From a virus, in the IMG/VR virus record IMGVR_UViG_3300023174_005350, positions 11,006 to 75,005 of that record: 64,000 bases of DNA; one strand, 5' to 3'. Below the pieces are notes generated by a model. That model searched no databases and had not been told where the DNA came from. It saw only the letters and a program-made list of their open reading frames with translations. Every line of letters begins with the position of its first letter. The first letter of the stretch is position 1. The position numbers were made by a program, and so were the translations under genes. This document shows, one piece after another, positions 8,105-17,432 of this stretch.

Positions 8105-8919
8105 ACATTCTCTAGTTGCCACAATCCCTCTGCAAGTGCCAATAATGTTTTAGCATTCTCTAAACTAACACATATTGATATATGTTCATAATGAACTGTA
8201 CGCTTGCTTAATAAACCAATAACTTTGCCTTTATAAAAGATTCCAGAACCACTATGACCGGGAGCAGAAGGAAGAGTAATAATTTCTTCATTGTTTTCGT
8301 CTAATCCCATAAATCTACCATCTGTTACGATGAATATATTTTTTGGATGATATCCCAAAGCAGCACCAGAAATCATTACGCTAGCACCAACTGGTGGTAA
8401 TTCATCAGCTAATTCTCTTGCTTCTCCTGCAATACAAGAGCTTTTAATAACTGATAAATCTTGTTTTTCGTTTCCTGCCATTGGAAATGCAACGCATTTT
8501 TCACCATCTAATCTTTCAACCATCATTTCAATTTTATCTATTTGGAAGAAATAGAATCCGCTTTCGTCTATCTCTAAAGTTGTTTTTTGTGGATGTGTCA
8601 CATGAGCAACGCTCAATATTAAACTTTCTTTTTTATTAAAGTTATTTCTGACTACAACGCCGGAACCCGTCCAGCTTTTTTCTTCACTCTTTTCTTTAGT
8701 TTCTTCTGGCATGCTTGCATTTATACCTAAAACGCTAGCTAAATTGGTCCTATGACCAGAAATTTTTGTATAAATCTTAACTGTGCTGCTCATTGCTTCT
8801 CTTGCATCGTATCCTTCTTGTGCAAATAGACCGCAACGTTTAAAACAACCGCTCATCATTACCAACATCATCGTTAAAACTATTAATTTGTGTTTAATCC
8901 ATGCTTTATTCCCTTTCAT
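8101..8919 (-). CDS. Trypsin-like (S1) serine protease, exported or lipoprotein
   Basis: TGSGVVV, SVAHV (His), DLSVI (Asp), PGHSGSGIF (Ser); hydrophobic N-terminus ending MSGC; GGAGG RBS. Confidence 0.85.
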   Translation of the reverse strand: MKGNKAWIKHKLIVLTMMLVMMSGCFKRCGLFAQEGYDAREAMSSTVKIYTKISGHRTNLASVLGINASMPEETKEKSEEKSWTGSGVVVRNNFNKKESLILSVAHVTHPQKTTLEIDESGFYFFQIDKIEMMVERLDGEKCVAFPMAGNEKQDLSVIKSSCIAGEARELADELPPVGASVMISGAALGYHPKNIFIVTDGRFMGLDENNEEIITLPSAPGHSGSGIFYKGKVIGLLSKRTVHYEHISICVSLENAKTLLALAEGLWQLENV

Positions 8920-9031
8920 TAGATACTCTCCTCCCTATAAAAGTAGGGGCTGATCTATTATTAACTAGTAACGAAAAAAATGTTCGGCATTTTCACTAAG
9001 TTTATACTATTTACTTCTTGGTCTTTTTTTA

Positions 9032-9060
9032 TTTACAAACTTATAGAATTATGCAATAAT
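9032..9060 (+). promoter_or_regulatory. Sigma70-like promoter upstream of tRNA-Ser
   Basis: TTTACA-17 bp-AATAAT with an extended -10 TG. Confidence 0.45.
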
Positions 9061-9071
9061 ATTAATATATT

Positions 9072-9158
9072 GGAGTGATGGCCGAGTGGCTGAAGGCACA
9101 GGTTTGCTAAACCTGCGTATTCGAAAGGATACCGATGGTTCGAATCCATCTCACTCCG
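9072..9158 (+). tRNA. tRNA-Ser (anticodon GCU)
   Basis: Acceptor GGAGTGA/TCACTCC with G discriminator; CAGGT-TT-GCT-AA-ACCTG; long variable arm; GGTTCGAATCC. Confidence 0.95.
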
Positions 9159-9185
9159 TTAACTATTTTAGTTACTAGTTAGTAT

Positions 9186-9395
9186 ATGATCATTCAGTTG
9201 AATCCAATGATTCCTGTTTATAGTCTAAAGCACAACATGAAAGGATATGCTTTTTTAGTTATAGACTATTCTCAAGAACATGATTTATTATTTACTGTTG
9301 CGCTTGAAAATGGAGAAATATGGACTTTAAAAAATCAAGAACTAAGATTTTGTAAAAATATTTCTTTAGATAGGGAAAAAATGGAGAAAATTTAA
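9186..9395 (+). CDS. Hypothetical phage protein (IDYSQEHDLLF...GEIW type)
   Basis: 69-aa ORF directly after an ACTAGTTA motif. Confidence 0.65.
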   Translation: MIIQLNPMIPVYSLKHNMKGYAFLVIDYSQEHDLLFTVALENGEIWTLKNQELRFCKNISLDREKMEKI

Positions 9396-9616
9396 TGAGC
9401 GATATTAAAAATGTAGGCACTCTTAAAGTTTTAGAAATAGTAGACAATCCTGACGGTACAGCAACAATACATTTTGATATTAGTGAAGATTTTCAAGCAA
9501 ATTTAGTACGTGAGATGGGTTGGCCTGAATGGTCACAAGAGAGATTTGAAAAATTAGTTTTAGAAGCATTAGAAAAAGCAGTAGCTACAAAGCTTGTTGA
9601 CCGCGTAGAAGATTAG
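9395..9616 (+). CDS. Hypothetical protein
   Basis: GGAG RBS, TAATG coupling. Confidence 0.65.
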   Translation: MSDIKNVGTLKVLEIVDNPDGTATIHFDISEDFQANLVREMGWPEWSQERFEKLVLEALEKAVATKLVDRVED

Positions 9617-9625
9617 TAGTATAGT
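9597..9625 (+). promoter_or_regulatory. Sigma70-like promoter for the RNA methyltransferase gene
   Basis: TTGACC-17 bp-TATAGT; ATG 9 nt downstream with no RBS (probably leaderless or short leader). Confidence 0.55.
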
Positions 9626-9634
9626 GTTATCACT

Positions 9635-10225
9635 ATGCAAACCACCACCACTACCAACGAAACACTTAATACTCCTGATACTCGTAATATTGTTGATAAA
9701 TATAAATTCGATAGGCTTACTAAATGGACTACAGAATTGATTAAAAAAGACCTTCAACAAAAGTCTTTTCCATTTGCAGTTATGATGGAAAATCTTGTTG
9801 GTGATTTTAATTTGTCTTCTGTTCTGCGTTCTTGTAATGCAATGAATGGTCGTGAAATGTTCTATCTTGGTCGTAAACAATACGATAGACGTGGAACCGT
9901 TGGGACTCATCACTATACCGATATAATCAATCTAAAGGACCGCGAGGAGCTTCTAAAGTTAAAGGAGCGTTATACTTTTGTTGCACTTGAGAACAGTGTC
10001 CCACAGGCAGAAAGTATTTACGATTTCCAATGGCCTGAGAATCCTCTTATTATCATCGGGGAAGAAGGTGTTGGAATTACTCAAGAGACTCTTGCATTGT
10101 GTGATAGATTTGTTTATATCAATCAATATGGTAGCGTAAGAAGCATGAATGCAGCAGTAGCTGGAAGTATTGCTATGAATGATTTTGTAATGAAATATGT
10201 AAAAAATAACAACAACATGCGTTAG
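9635..10225 (+). CDS. SpoU/TrmH-family (SPOUT) RNA 2'-O-methyltransferase
   Basis: ENLVGDFNLSSVLRS, IIIGEEGVGI, YINQYGSVRSMNAAVAGSI (SPOUT motifs 1-3). Confidence 0.9.
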   Translation: MQTTTTTNETLNTPDTRNIVDKYKFDRLTKWTTELIKKDLQQKSFPFAVMMENLVGDFNLSSVLRSCNAMNGREMFYLGRKQYDRRGTVGTHHYTDIINLKDREELLKLKERYTFVALENSVPQAESIYDFQWPENPLIIIGEEGVGITQETLALCDRFVYINQYGSVRSMNAAVAGSIAMNDFVMKYVKNNNNMR

Positions 10226-10228
10226 AAT

Positions 10229-10236
10229 ACTATTTA
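10229..10236 (+). promoter_or_regulatory. Putative late promoter ACTATTTA followed by a TCGTGC/GCACGA hairpin and RBS
   Basis: Recurrent motif in an intergenic position upstream of phoH. Confidence 0.5.
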
Positions 10237-10269
10237 TATCGTGCTAATAGCCGCACGAAGGAATACATA

Positions 10270-11583
10270 ATGTCTAAAAAATATTACGTGTTGGACACAA
10301 ACGTATATCTAAGCGATTGTGACGCAGTATTCGCGTATAAGAATAATAACGTAGCAATTCCATTAAAAGTATTAGAGGAAGTTGATAAACATAAAAAGCG
10401 TCAAGATGGTGTTGGAGCTAATGCAAGACAGTTTATTCGTACTCTTGATGAATTACGTGAAAAAGGTAGCCTTGACGAAGGTGCAAAGCTCGGCAAAGGA
10501 AAAGGAACCATCTCAGTAATTCCTTGTGACTTATCTCTATTACCAACTGGTTTCGAAAGGGATAATGCTGACAATCAAATTATTGCCGCCACTTTAACAC
10601 TTATAAAAGAATTAGGCGATAACAAAAATGTATTCTTAGTATCTCAAGATATTAATATGAGAGTTAAGTGCGACTCTCTTGGTATCAATACCGCTGATTA
10701 TATTCCAAATCAAATCGTAGAACGAGCAGAAGAAGTATTTACTGGCTTTACACAATACCTTGTAGATGATGCTTTTATTGATCGTTTCTATGCTGGCGAA
10801 AAGATTTTATTAGAAGAAAAAGATATTAAGCTCCATCCTAATCAATTCTTGATGCTTGTATCTAATGCTAACGATAAAAAAACAGCACTAGCTAGATTTA
10901 GAGCATATAACTTACCTCTTACTAAAGTAAAAGAATATAAAAATGGTATTTGGGGTATACATGCAAAGAACAAAGAGCAACAGTTTGCTCTAGAGTTGTT
11001 GATGGACCCAGAAGTTAAGATTGTTTCTATTATTGGTCGTGCTGGTGGCGGTAAAACTCTTAACGCATTGGCGGCTGGCCTTCAGCAAATCCTTGATGAT
11101 AAGGTTTATAAAAAGCTAATCGTATCACGCCCAGTTCAACCAATGGGTAAAGATATTGGTTATTTGCCGGGAACACTAGAAGAAAAAATGTCACCTTGGT
11201 TAGCACCTGTTCAAGACAACCTTGAATTCTTAATGGGCGATGATAAAGCGCATCTACAGATGTTGATGGAAGCTGGAACAATTGAAATGGAAGCATTGAC
11301 TTATATTCGCGGTCGTTCTATTGCTAATGCGTTCATTATTATTGATGAAAGCCAAAACTTAACATCTCACGAATTAAAAACTATAATTACTCGCGTAGGT
11401 GAAGGTACAAAAATTGTATTAACTGGAGATATTGAGCAAATCGATAATGCATACGTAGACGCTACAACAAATGGTCTTACATATGCTGTAGAAAAATTAA
11501 AACCATTTGAAATCTCTGGTCATATAACATTAAAGAAAGGTGAGCGCTCTGCTGTTGCAAGTTTGGCAGCTCAAGTATTATAA
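10270..11583 (+). CDS. phoH: PIN-PhoH (PhoH2/YlaK-type) ATPase
   Basis: N-terminal PIN (YVLDTNV, ADNQII, VSQDINMRVK); GRAGGGKT, IGYLPGTLEEK, YIRGRS, IIDESQN, TGDIEQID. Confidence 0.93.
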   Translation: MSKKYYVLDTNVYLSDCDAVFAYKNNNVAIPLKVLEEVDKHKKRQDGVGANARQFIRTLDELREKGSLDEGAKLGKGKGTISVIPCDLSLLPTGFERDNADNQIIAATLTLIKELGDNKNVFLVSQDINMRVKCDSLGINTADYIPNQIVERAEEVFTGFTQYLVDDAFIDRFYAGEKILLEEKDIKLHPNQFLMLVSNANDKKTALARFRAYNLPLTKVKEYKNGIWGIHAKNKEQQFALELLMDPEVKIVSIIGRAGGGKTLNALAAGLQQILDDKVYKKLIVSRPVQPMGKDIGYLPGTLEEKMSPWLAPVQDNLEFLMGDDKAHLQMLMEAGTIEMEALTYIRGRSIANAFIIIDESQNLTSHELKTIITRVGEGTKIVLTGDIEQIDNAYVDATTNGLTYAVEKLKPFEISGHITLKKGERSAVASLAAQVL

Positions 11584-11831
11584 TGGAAAATCCTCAATTA
11601 GATGAAGTAGTTCAAAAAGTCAACCCAATGAAAGAATGGCTTGTTGATTACGTTGGAAACAAACTCCAGCCACAAAACAACGAAGTTACTGTAGCCATGC
11701 TCGTTGAAGCAATGGCTGATGAGTTCCCAGAGTTTGTTCTAGCAGTAGCAGAAGAGAATTTTATTAGAGGATATCAACAAGCCTTCGCAGATCTTGAATC
11801 AAAAGGTGAAATAAAAGAAACAAATGAGTAG
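11583..11831 (+). CDS. Hypothetical phage protein
   Basis: Translationally coupled; EFPEFVLAVAEENFIRGYQQA. Confidence 0.7.
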   Translation: MENPQLDEVVQKVNPMKEWLVDYVGNKLQPQNNEVTVAMLVEAMADEFPEFVLAVAEENFIRGYQQAFADLESKGEIKETNE

Positions 11832-12507
11832 TATTAATTATGTCAAAAATTCTGCTAAAAAAAATCAAGCAGATTTTAAACAATTAAATTTGTTTAAAGA
11901 CATAATGGTTGTCATTAAAGATCCACTACCAGAAGAATATAATCTAAAAACTATTCTAAAAAAAATAGAAAATAATATTCCAAGACATTTATTTAATGAT
12001 TTAGATATTGTTTATGTTGGTGCTTTTAAAGAATTAAAAGCTAGACAAGTAGAATCAGCCTATATGGATGGAGCGATATACTTAAGCAACGAACAACCTA
12101 GTGAAGAAAATATATATAATTCAATAATACATGAATTAGCTCATAACGTAGAAAAAGTATTTGAATATGAAGTTTATGGAGATGATAAAATTCTAGAAGA
12201 ATTTCTCTCTAAAAGAAAACAATTAAGAAGCATATTAGAATCAAACAATCTATATTGTGACTCAATCCTATACCTTAGACCGGAATTGACTAGAGATTTT
12301 GATAATTTCTTATTTAAGACAGTAGGATATGATAGACTATCGTTGTTGTCAGCAAATCTTTTTATATCTCCCTATTCTGCAACTTCTTTAAAAGAATATT
12401 TTGCATCTGGATTTGAGCATTATTTTGCAGATGAAAATCCTGAATACATTAAAAAGATATCTCCAAAATTATATAATAAAATTATTGCCTTGACAAAGAT
12501 ATATTAA
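11824..12507 (+). CDS. Putative zincin metallopeptidase (HExxH)
   Basis: IIHELAH plus downstream SPYSATSLKEYFASGF third-ligand-like motif. Confidence 0.6.
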   Translation: MSSINYVKNSAKKNQADFKQLNLFKDIMVVIKDPLPEEYNLKTILKKIENNIPRHLFNDLDIVYVGAFKELKARQVESAYMDGAIYLSNEQPSEENIYNSIIHELAHNVEKVFEYEVYGDDKILEEFLSKRKQLRSILESNNLYCDSILYLRPELTRDFDNFLFKTVGYDRLSLLSANLFISPYSATSLKEYFASGFEHYFADENPEYIKKISPKLYNKIIALTKIY

Positions 12508-12518
12508 TTAGATATAAT
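12490..12518 (+). promoter_or_regulatory. Perfect consensus sigma70 promoter
   Basis: TTGACA(12490-12495)-17 bp-TATAAT(12513-12518). Confidence 0.85.
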
Positions 12519-12542
12519 GTACCTAGAAAGTGTAGGTACAAA

Positions 12543-13316
12543 ATGTCTAATCATATATCTTTTTCTGCTTTAAAAATTTGGAATGATTGTCCTTTTAAGT
12601 ATAAGTTAATTTATGTAGATAACGTTCAGAAATTTCGTGGTAGTGAACACACGGCTTTTGGAACTGCTCTCCATGAAGCTTGTGAAAAAAAACTGTTAGA
12701 TAATAACATAAATGAAGTTGAATGTTTTAGCTCTAAGTTTGAAGAAGAACTAAATAAAATTCCTTCTGATATAACAGTAGATAATAAACTAATAACTGAG
12801 ATGAAAGAGCAGGGAAAACTGCTATCTACGATGGCGCTGCCCGCTCTTAAGGAAAAGTTTGGTAACTTTAAAGTATTATCTGCCGAAGAAGATATTCTTG
12901 AAGCAATCAATAAGATCCCAGAACTAAGTTATAATTTTAAAGGATACATCGATTTAATTCTTCAAACTGAAGATGGGAAAATCCATATTCTAGATTGGAA
13001 AACGTGTGCATGGGGTTGGGATGCAAAAAAGAAAAGCGATCCAATGATTACATATCAGCTTACCTTTTATAAGTATTTCTATGCTCAAAAGCATAAGATA
13101 GATCCAAAAAATATTGAAACATATTTTGCTCTCCTTAAGCGTACAGTAAAAAAAGACAATGTAGAAATATTTCGTGTAACTAGCGGAGATAAAAAAACAG
13201 AAAATGCATTTAACTTATTAACAAAAGCACTTTATAGTATTAATAAGAATTTTTTTCCAAAGAATCGCTTAAGTTGTAAATATTGCGAATTCAATAATAC
13301 AAAGGAATGCCCATGA
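12543..13316 (+). CDS. PD-(D/E)XK Cas4/AddB-like exonuclease
   Basis: ISFS...CP, FGTALHE, GYIDL, ILDWKT, QLTFY, CKYC...CP (four Cys). Confidence 0.85.
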   Translation: MSNHISFSALKIWNDCPFKYKLIYVDNVQKFRGSEHTAFGTALHEACEKKLLDNNINEVECFSSKFEEELNKIPSDITVDNKLITEMKEQGKLLSTMALPALKEKFGNFKVLSAEEDILEAINKIPELSYNFKGYIDLILQTEDGKIHILDWKTCAWGWDAKKKSDPMITYQLTFYKYFYAQKHKIDPKNIETYFALLKRTVKKDNVEIFRVTSGDKKTENAFNLLTKALYSINKNFFPKNRLSCKYCEFNNTKECP

Positions 13317-14293
13317 AAACAGCAGTCGTAACAGGAGTTACAGGACAAGATGGAAGTTATCTTGCTGAATTATTATTAGAAAAAGATTATAAGGTAATTG
13401 GTTTAGTTCGCAGAAGTGCAATGGAAGATAAAAAGTTTTATAACATAAGCCATCTTCTACAGAATCCTAATCTAATTTTAGAAAATGGAGATTTGACCGA
13501 CTCACCATCTTTATGGAGAGTCATAAAACAGTACAAGCCAGATGAATTTTATAATCTTGCTGCACAAAGTCACGTAGGCGCTTCTTTTACATCCCCCGAA
13601 AGCACTTTAGAAATAAATGCTACCGGGGTTTTAAATTGTCTAGAAGCGATTCGTAATCTAAAGCCAGATACAAAGTTTTATCAAGCGTCTACTAGCGAGA
13701 TGTTTGGAGATAATATGAACGCACCACAGAACGAAGAAACAGTTTTATCTCCTGTTTCTCCTTATGCTTGTGCAAAAGTTTATGCACATAATTTGGTTAT
13801 TAACTATCGCAAAGCTTATGACTTGTTTGCGTGTTCTGGTATTCTTTTCAATCATGAATCTCCCCGGCGTGGAGAACAGTTTGTAACACGGAAAATTACC
13901 AAAGCAGCTGCTAGAATTAAGCTTGGTCTTCAAAATGAACTAAGGCTTGGTAATTTAGAAGCCAAACGCGATTGGGGATATGCAAAAGAATATGTAGAAG
14001 GAATGTGGATGATGATGCAATATCACACCCCGGATGATTACGTTCTGGGCACAGGCGTAACACATACAATAAGTGAATTTATTACTTGCATATCTGATAT
14101 TGCTGGTTATAATTTATTTAATCATGTAGTTATTGATGATAAATTCAAACGTCCTAGTGAAGTTCCTTTATTGCTAGCAAATCCTTCAAAAGCAAAAAGA
14201 GTATTAGGATGGCAACCAAAAACAGATTTAAAACAACTAGCAGAATTAATGTATAATTCTGATCTAGAAAAGGAAAAAAATAATGTCAAATAA
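13313..14293 (+). CDS. gmd: GDP-mannose 4,6-dehydratase
   Basis: GVTGQDGSYLAE, NLAAQSHV, QASTSEMFG, SPYACAK, FNHESPRRG, GNLEAKRDWG. Confidence 0.97.
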   Translation: MKTAVVTGVTGQDGSYLAELLLEKDYKVIGLVRRSAMEDKKFYNISHLLQNPNLILENGDLTDSPSLWRVIKQYKPDEFYNLAAQSHVGASFTSPESTLEINATGVLNCLEAIRNLKPDTKFYQASTSEMFGDNMNAPQNEETVLSPVSPYACAKVYAHNLVINYRKAYDLFACSGILFNHESPRRGEQFVTRKITKAAARIKLGLQNELRLGNLEAKRDWGYAKEYVEGMWMMMQYHTPDDYVLGTGVTHTISEFITCISDIAGYNLFNHVVIDDKFKRPSEVPLLLANPSKAKRVLGWQPKTDLKQLAELMYNSDLEKEKNNVK

Positions 14294-14304
14294 AGTAGTT
14301 TGAG

Positions 14305-14335
14305 TTCCCACGCTGCTAATTATAAGCGTAGGAGG
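14305..14335 (+). promoter_or_regulatory. RBS-sequestering hairpin with the late-promoter motif in its loop
   Basis: TCC-C-ACGCT / AGCGT-A-GGA stem overlaps AGGAGG; loop GCTAATTATA. Confidence 0.6.
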
Positions 14336-14343
14336 ACAAACAA

Positions 14344-14982
14344 ATGATTAAAAATTGCATTATTTGTGAAAAACAATTTGAAGCAGCAAGCTGGGCAACA
14401 AAAAGTTGCTCCAAACAATGTAGATTAAAGCATAATAATAGTCGTAGAAAGAAAACAAATCTAAATCATTTAGATACATTTAACTGTAAAGAATGCGGTA
14501 TAGAAGTTACAAGATATAGAATACGTAGCGGTTTTTGTTCTCGTTCTTGTGCATCAAAAAAATATATAGCTGATGGTACTTTTAATCAATGGAAAAAGTA
14601 TATTCCTAAGAAAAGAACAGCAGAAGAAGAAGTAAATCTTAAATTAAGAAAAGGTGTTTCTAAGCTAATAAGGTTTTATTTATTTAAACAATTAATACCA
14701 AAAACTTCTTCTACTTGGAAAAACCTACCGTATACGCCAAAAGATTTAAAAGAGCATCTAGAAAAACAATTTGATGATAATATGTCTTGGAATAATTATG
14801 GAAAATATTGGACTATAGATCACATAATTCCGCAATCAAAGCTTTTGTTTAAAGATTTTAACGATGAAAACTTTTTAAAATGTTGGCGTTTAGAAAATTT
14901 AAGACCATTAGAAAAAATTGCTAATATAAAGAAAAGTAACAAAATTATAGGAGAAACAAATGGAACAGAAAAAGAAAATTAA
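14344..14982 (+). CDS. HNH homing endonuclease with N-terminal zinc fingers
   Basis: CxxC...CSxxC repeats; HLEKQFDDNMSWNNYGKYWTIDHIIP...NLRPLEKIANIKKSNK. Confidence 0.88.
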   Translation: MIKNCIICEKQFEAASWATKSCSKQCRLKHNNSRRKKTNLNHLDTFNCKECGIEVTRYRIRSGFCSRSCASKKYIADGTFNQWKKYIPKKRTAEEEVNLKLRKGVSKLIRFYLFKQLIPKTSSTWKNLPYTPKDLKEHLEKQFDDNMSWNNYGKYWTIDHIIPQSKLLFKDFNDENFLKCWRLENLRPLEKIANIKKSNKIIGETNGTEKEN

Positions 14983-16204
14983 GATTTTGACTCTAGGGGA
15001 TCATCCTCTCTCACCATCTGGCGTAGGTAGTCAATGCAACTACATTTTCCAAGGGCTGTTAAAGACAGGAAAATATCAAATTATTTCTCTTGGTGGAGCT
15101 ATCAAGCATCAAGATTATCGTCCAACTAAATTCCATGAATATGGAGATGATTTTGTTATTATTCCAGTTGATGGCTATGGAACTCCAGAACTAATACGTA
15201 ATCTTTTAATGAAAGAAAAGCCAGATATCCTTTGGATGATGACCGATCCACGCTTCTACACTTGGCTTTGGAATATTGAACAAGAAATTCGTCCAAATAT
15301 TCCAATTGTGTATTATCACGTATGGGACAACTATCCATATCCAAAGTTTAATCGTTCGTACTATTTATCAAATGATAAAATTGCTACTATTTCCAAGCTT
15401 ACGAGCGATATAGTACGTGTAGTAGCACCAGAAGTAGAAGAAGAGTATGTTCCTCACGCAGTAAGTCCTGAATTGTTTAAAATTCTTGATGAAAAGGAAT
15501 TTGCTCATTTACGCATTAAAGATAAAACTCTATTCTTCTGGACTAATCGCAATGCTCGTAGAAAGATGAGTGGAAGTGTTGTTTGGTGGTATAAAGAATT
15601 CCTAGATAAAGTAGGACACGATAAAGCATTTCTTTTGATGCATACTGATCCTAAAGATGTGCATGGTCAAGACTTGATTGCCATTGCAGAAGAATTAGGT
15701 CTTACAAAAGATAATTTTGCCATTTCTCCCGGTAAAGTACCAGCAGCGGATATGGCAAAGTTTTATAATGCCGCAGATTGTACTATTAATATTAGTGATG
15801 CAGAAGGCTTCGGGCTTTCATGCTTAGAAAGCCTATCCTGTGGAACACCAGTTATAGCAAATAAAACTGGCGGCATGCAAGATCAATTAACTGATGGCGT
15901 AGATACATTCGGCGTATTGATTGAACCAGCAAGCCGCGCAGTAATCGGTTCACAAGAAGTGCCATATATTTATGAAGATCGCGTTAGCAATACAGACGTT
16001 GTGAATGCGATGATAAAGATTCATAATATGACCCGCGAAGAACGTAAGGCGCTTGGTAAAAAAGGTTATGATAATGTCCAAAAGAACTTTAACTTTCAAA
16101 CATTCCAAGAGACTTGGGATAAACTATTCAGTGGCGTTCATGAAAAATTTGGTTCTTGGGAAACACGTAAAGGCTACAAATCTTGGAGCGTAAAGGAATT
16201 CTAA
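14960..16204 (+). CDS. Glycosyltransferase family 4 (GT-B)
   Basis: NRNARRK, EGFGLSCLESLSCGTPVI. Confidence 0.9.
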   Translation: MEQKKKIKILTLGDHPLSPSGVGSQCNYIFQGLLKTGKYQIISLGGAIKHQDYRPTKFHEYGDDFVIIPVDGYGTPELIRNLLMKEKPDILWMMTDPRFYTWLWNIEQEIRPNIPIVYYHVWDNYPYPKFNRSYYLSNDKIATISKLTSDIVRVVAPEVEEEYVPHAVSPELFKILDEKEFAHLRIKDKTLFFWTNRNARRKMSGSVVWWYKEFLDKVGHDKAFLLMHTDPKDVHGQDLIAIAEELGLTKDNFAISPGKVPAADMAKFYNAADCTINISDAEGFGLSCLESLSCGTPVIANKTGGMQDQLTDGVDTFGVLIEPASRAVIGSQEVPYIYEDRVSNTDVVNAMIKIHNMTREERKALGKKGYDNVQKNFNFQTFQETWDKLFSGVHEKFGSWETRKGYKSWSVKEF

Positions 16205-16205
16205 A

Positions 16206-17432
16206 ATGAAAAAAATATTAATCAGCGGTCCAGTATTGAGCAGAAGCGGCTATGGTGAAATGGCACGTTTCGCATTACGCTCATTATCAAAACAAAATGT
16301 AGATTTATATGTATTACCTACTGCTTGGGGAAATACTGGATGGCTTCATGAATACAATGATGAAAGAAAATATATCGATTCTTTAATTTCTAAAACACAA
16401 ATTTATATTCAACAAAACAATGGACAACCTAAATTTGATGTTTCTGTGCAAGTGAGCCTGCCAACAGAATGGAAAAAAATGGCACTAATCAATATTGGGT
16501 ATACAGCCGGAATCGAAACTAATATTATTTCTCCAGCTTGGCTTGAACCATCACAACTAATGGACAAAATAATTGTCATAAGCAATCACGCTAAAGCAGG
16601 TTTTATAAATACAGTTTTTGGTGATCAAACAGGTCAGCAATATAGAGTAAAAACACCCGTAGAAGTAGTACATCTTCCTTATAGAAACGTAGAAAAGAAA
16701 GATTTAGATTTGCAATTAAAGTATGATTTTAACTTTTTATCTGTATGTCAATGGGGTCCAAGAAAGAATCTTGATCAAACAATCATTGGATTTCTAGAAG
16801 AATTTCGTAATGAAGAAGTTGGTTTAGTATTAAAAATTAATACTTCTAATGATTCTACTATGGATAGAAGTCTAACTCAAAAAAGATTAGAAAATCTTTT
16901 AAGTAACTATCCAAATAGAAAATGCTCTATAACACTTCTACACGGTCATTTAAGCGATGGAGAGGTGGAATCACTATACACGCATCCAAAAATCAAGGCA
17001 ATCGTTTCTACAACCCACGGTGAGGGCTTTGGGCTGCCATTACTAGAAGCAGCTGTTAATGTATTACCCGTAATAGCTACAGATTGGAGCGGACATACAG
17101 ATTTCCTATATCTACCAGAAAATGAAGAAAAAAAGCGTATGTTTGGTAAAATTGATTATGATTTAAAGCCAATTGAAGCTATTCATGTTTGGAAGGGTGT
17201 TTTGGAAGAAGGAACACAATGGGCTTATCCAAAGATGGTTAGTTATAAGGATAGATTACGTGATTGTTACAAAGATTGGGGACGTTATAAATCACAAGCC
17301 AAAAAGCTATCACCTTGGATAAAAGAAAATTTTTCACAAGAAAAATTATTTTCTAAATTTACCGATAATTGTATTTTAAAAAATGAATATGATGATATTA
17401 TAAATAAATATGAAAATATGGATAAGATATAA
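16206..17432 (+). CDS. Glycosyltransferase family 4 (GT-B)
   Basis: SRSGYG, PRKN, HGEGFGLPLLEA, DWSGHTDF. Confidence 0.9.
   Translation: MKKILISGPVLSRSGYGEMARFALRSLSKQNVDLYVLPTAWGNTGWLHEYNDERKYIDSLISKTQIYIQQNNGQPKFDVSVQVSLPTEWKKMALINIGYTAGIETNIISPAWLEPSQLMDKIIVISNHAKAGFINTVFGDQTGQQYRVKTPVEVVHLPYRNVEKKDLDLQLKYDFNFLSVCQWGPRKNLDQTIIGFLEEFRNEEVGLVLKINTSNDSTMDRSLTQKRLENLLSNYPNRKCSITLLHGHLSDGEVESLYTHPKIKAIVSTTHGEGFGLPLLEAAVNVLPVIATDWSGHTDFLYLPENEEKKRMFGKIDYDLKPIEAIHVWKGVLEEGTQWAYPKMVSYKDRLRDCYKDWGRYKSQAKKLSPWIKENFSQEKLFSKFTDNCILKNEYDDIINKYENMDKI

Noticed and set aside
12543-13316. CRISPR-Cas system (Cas4-like gene)
   Set aside because: No repeat-spacer array or other cas genes seen; stand-alone Cas4-like nucleases are common in phages
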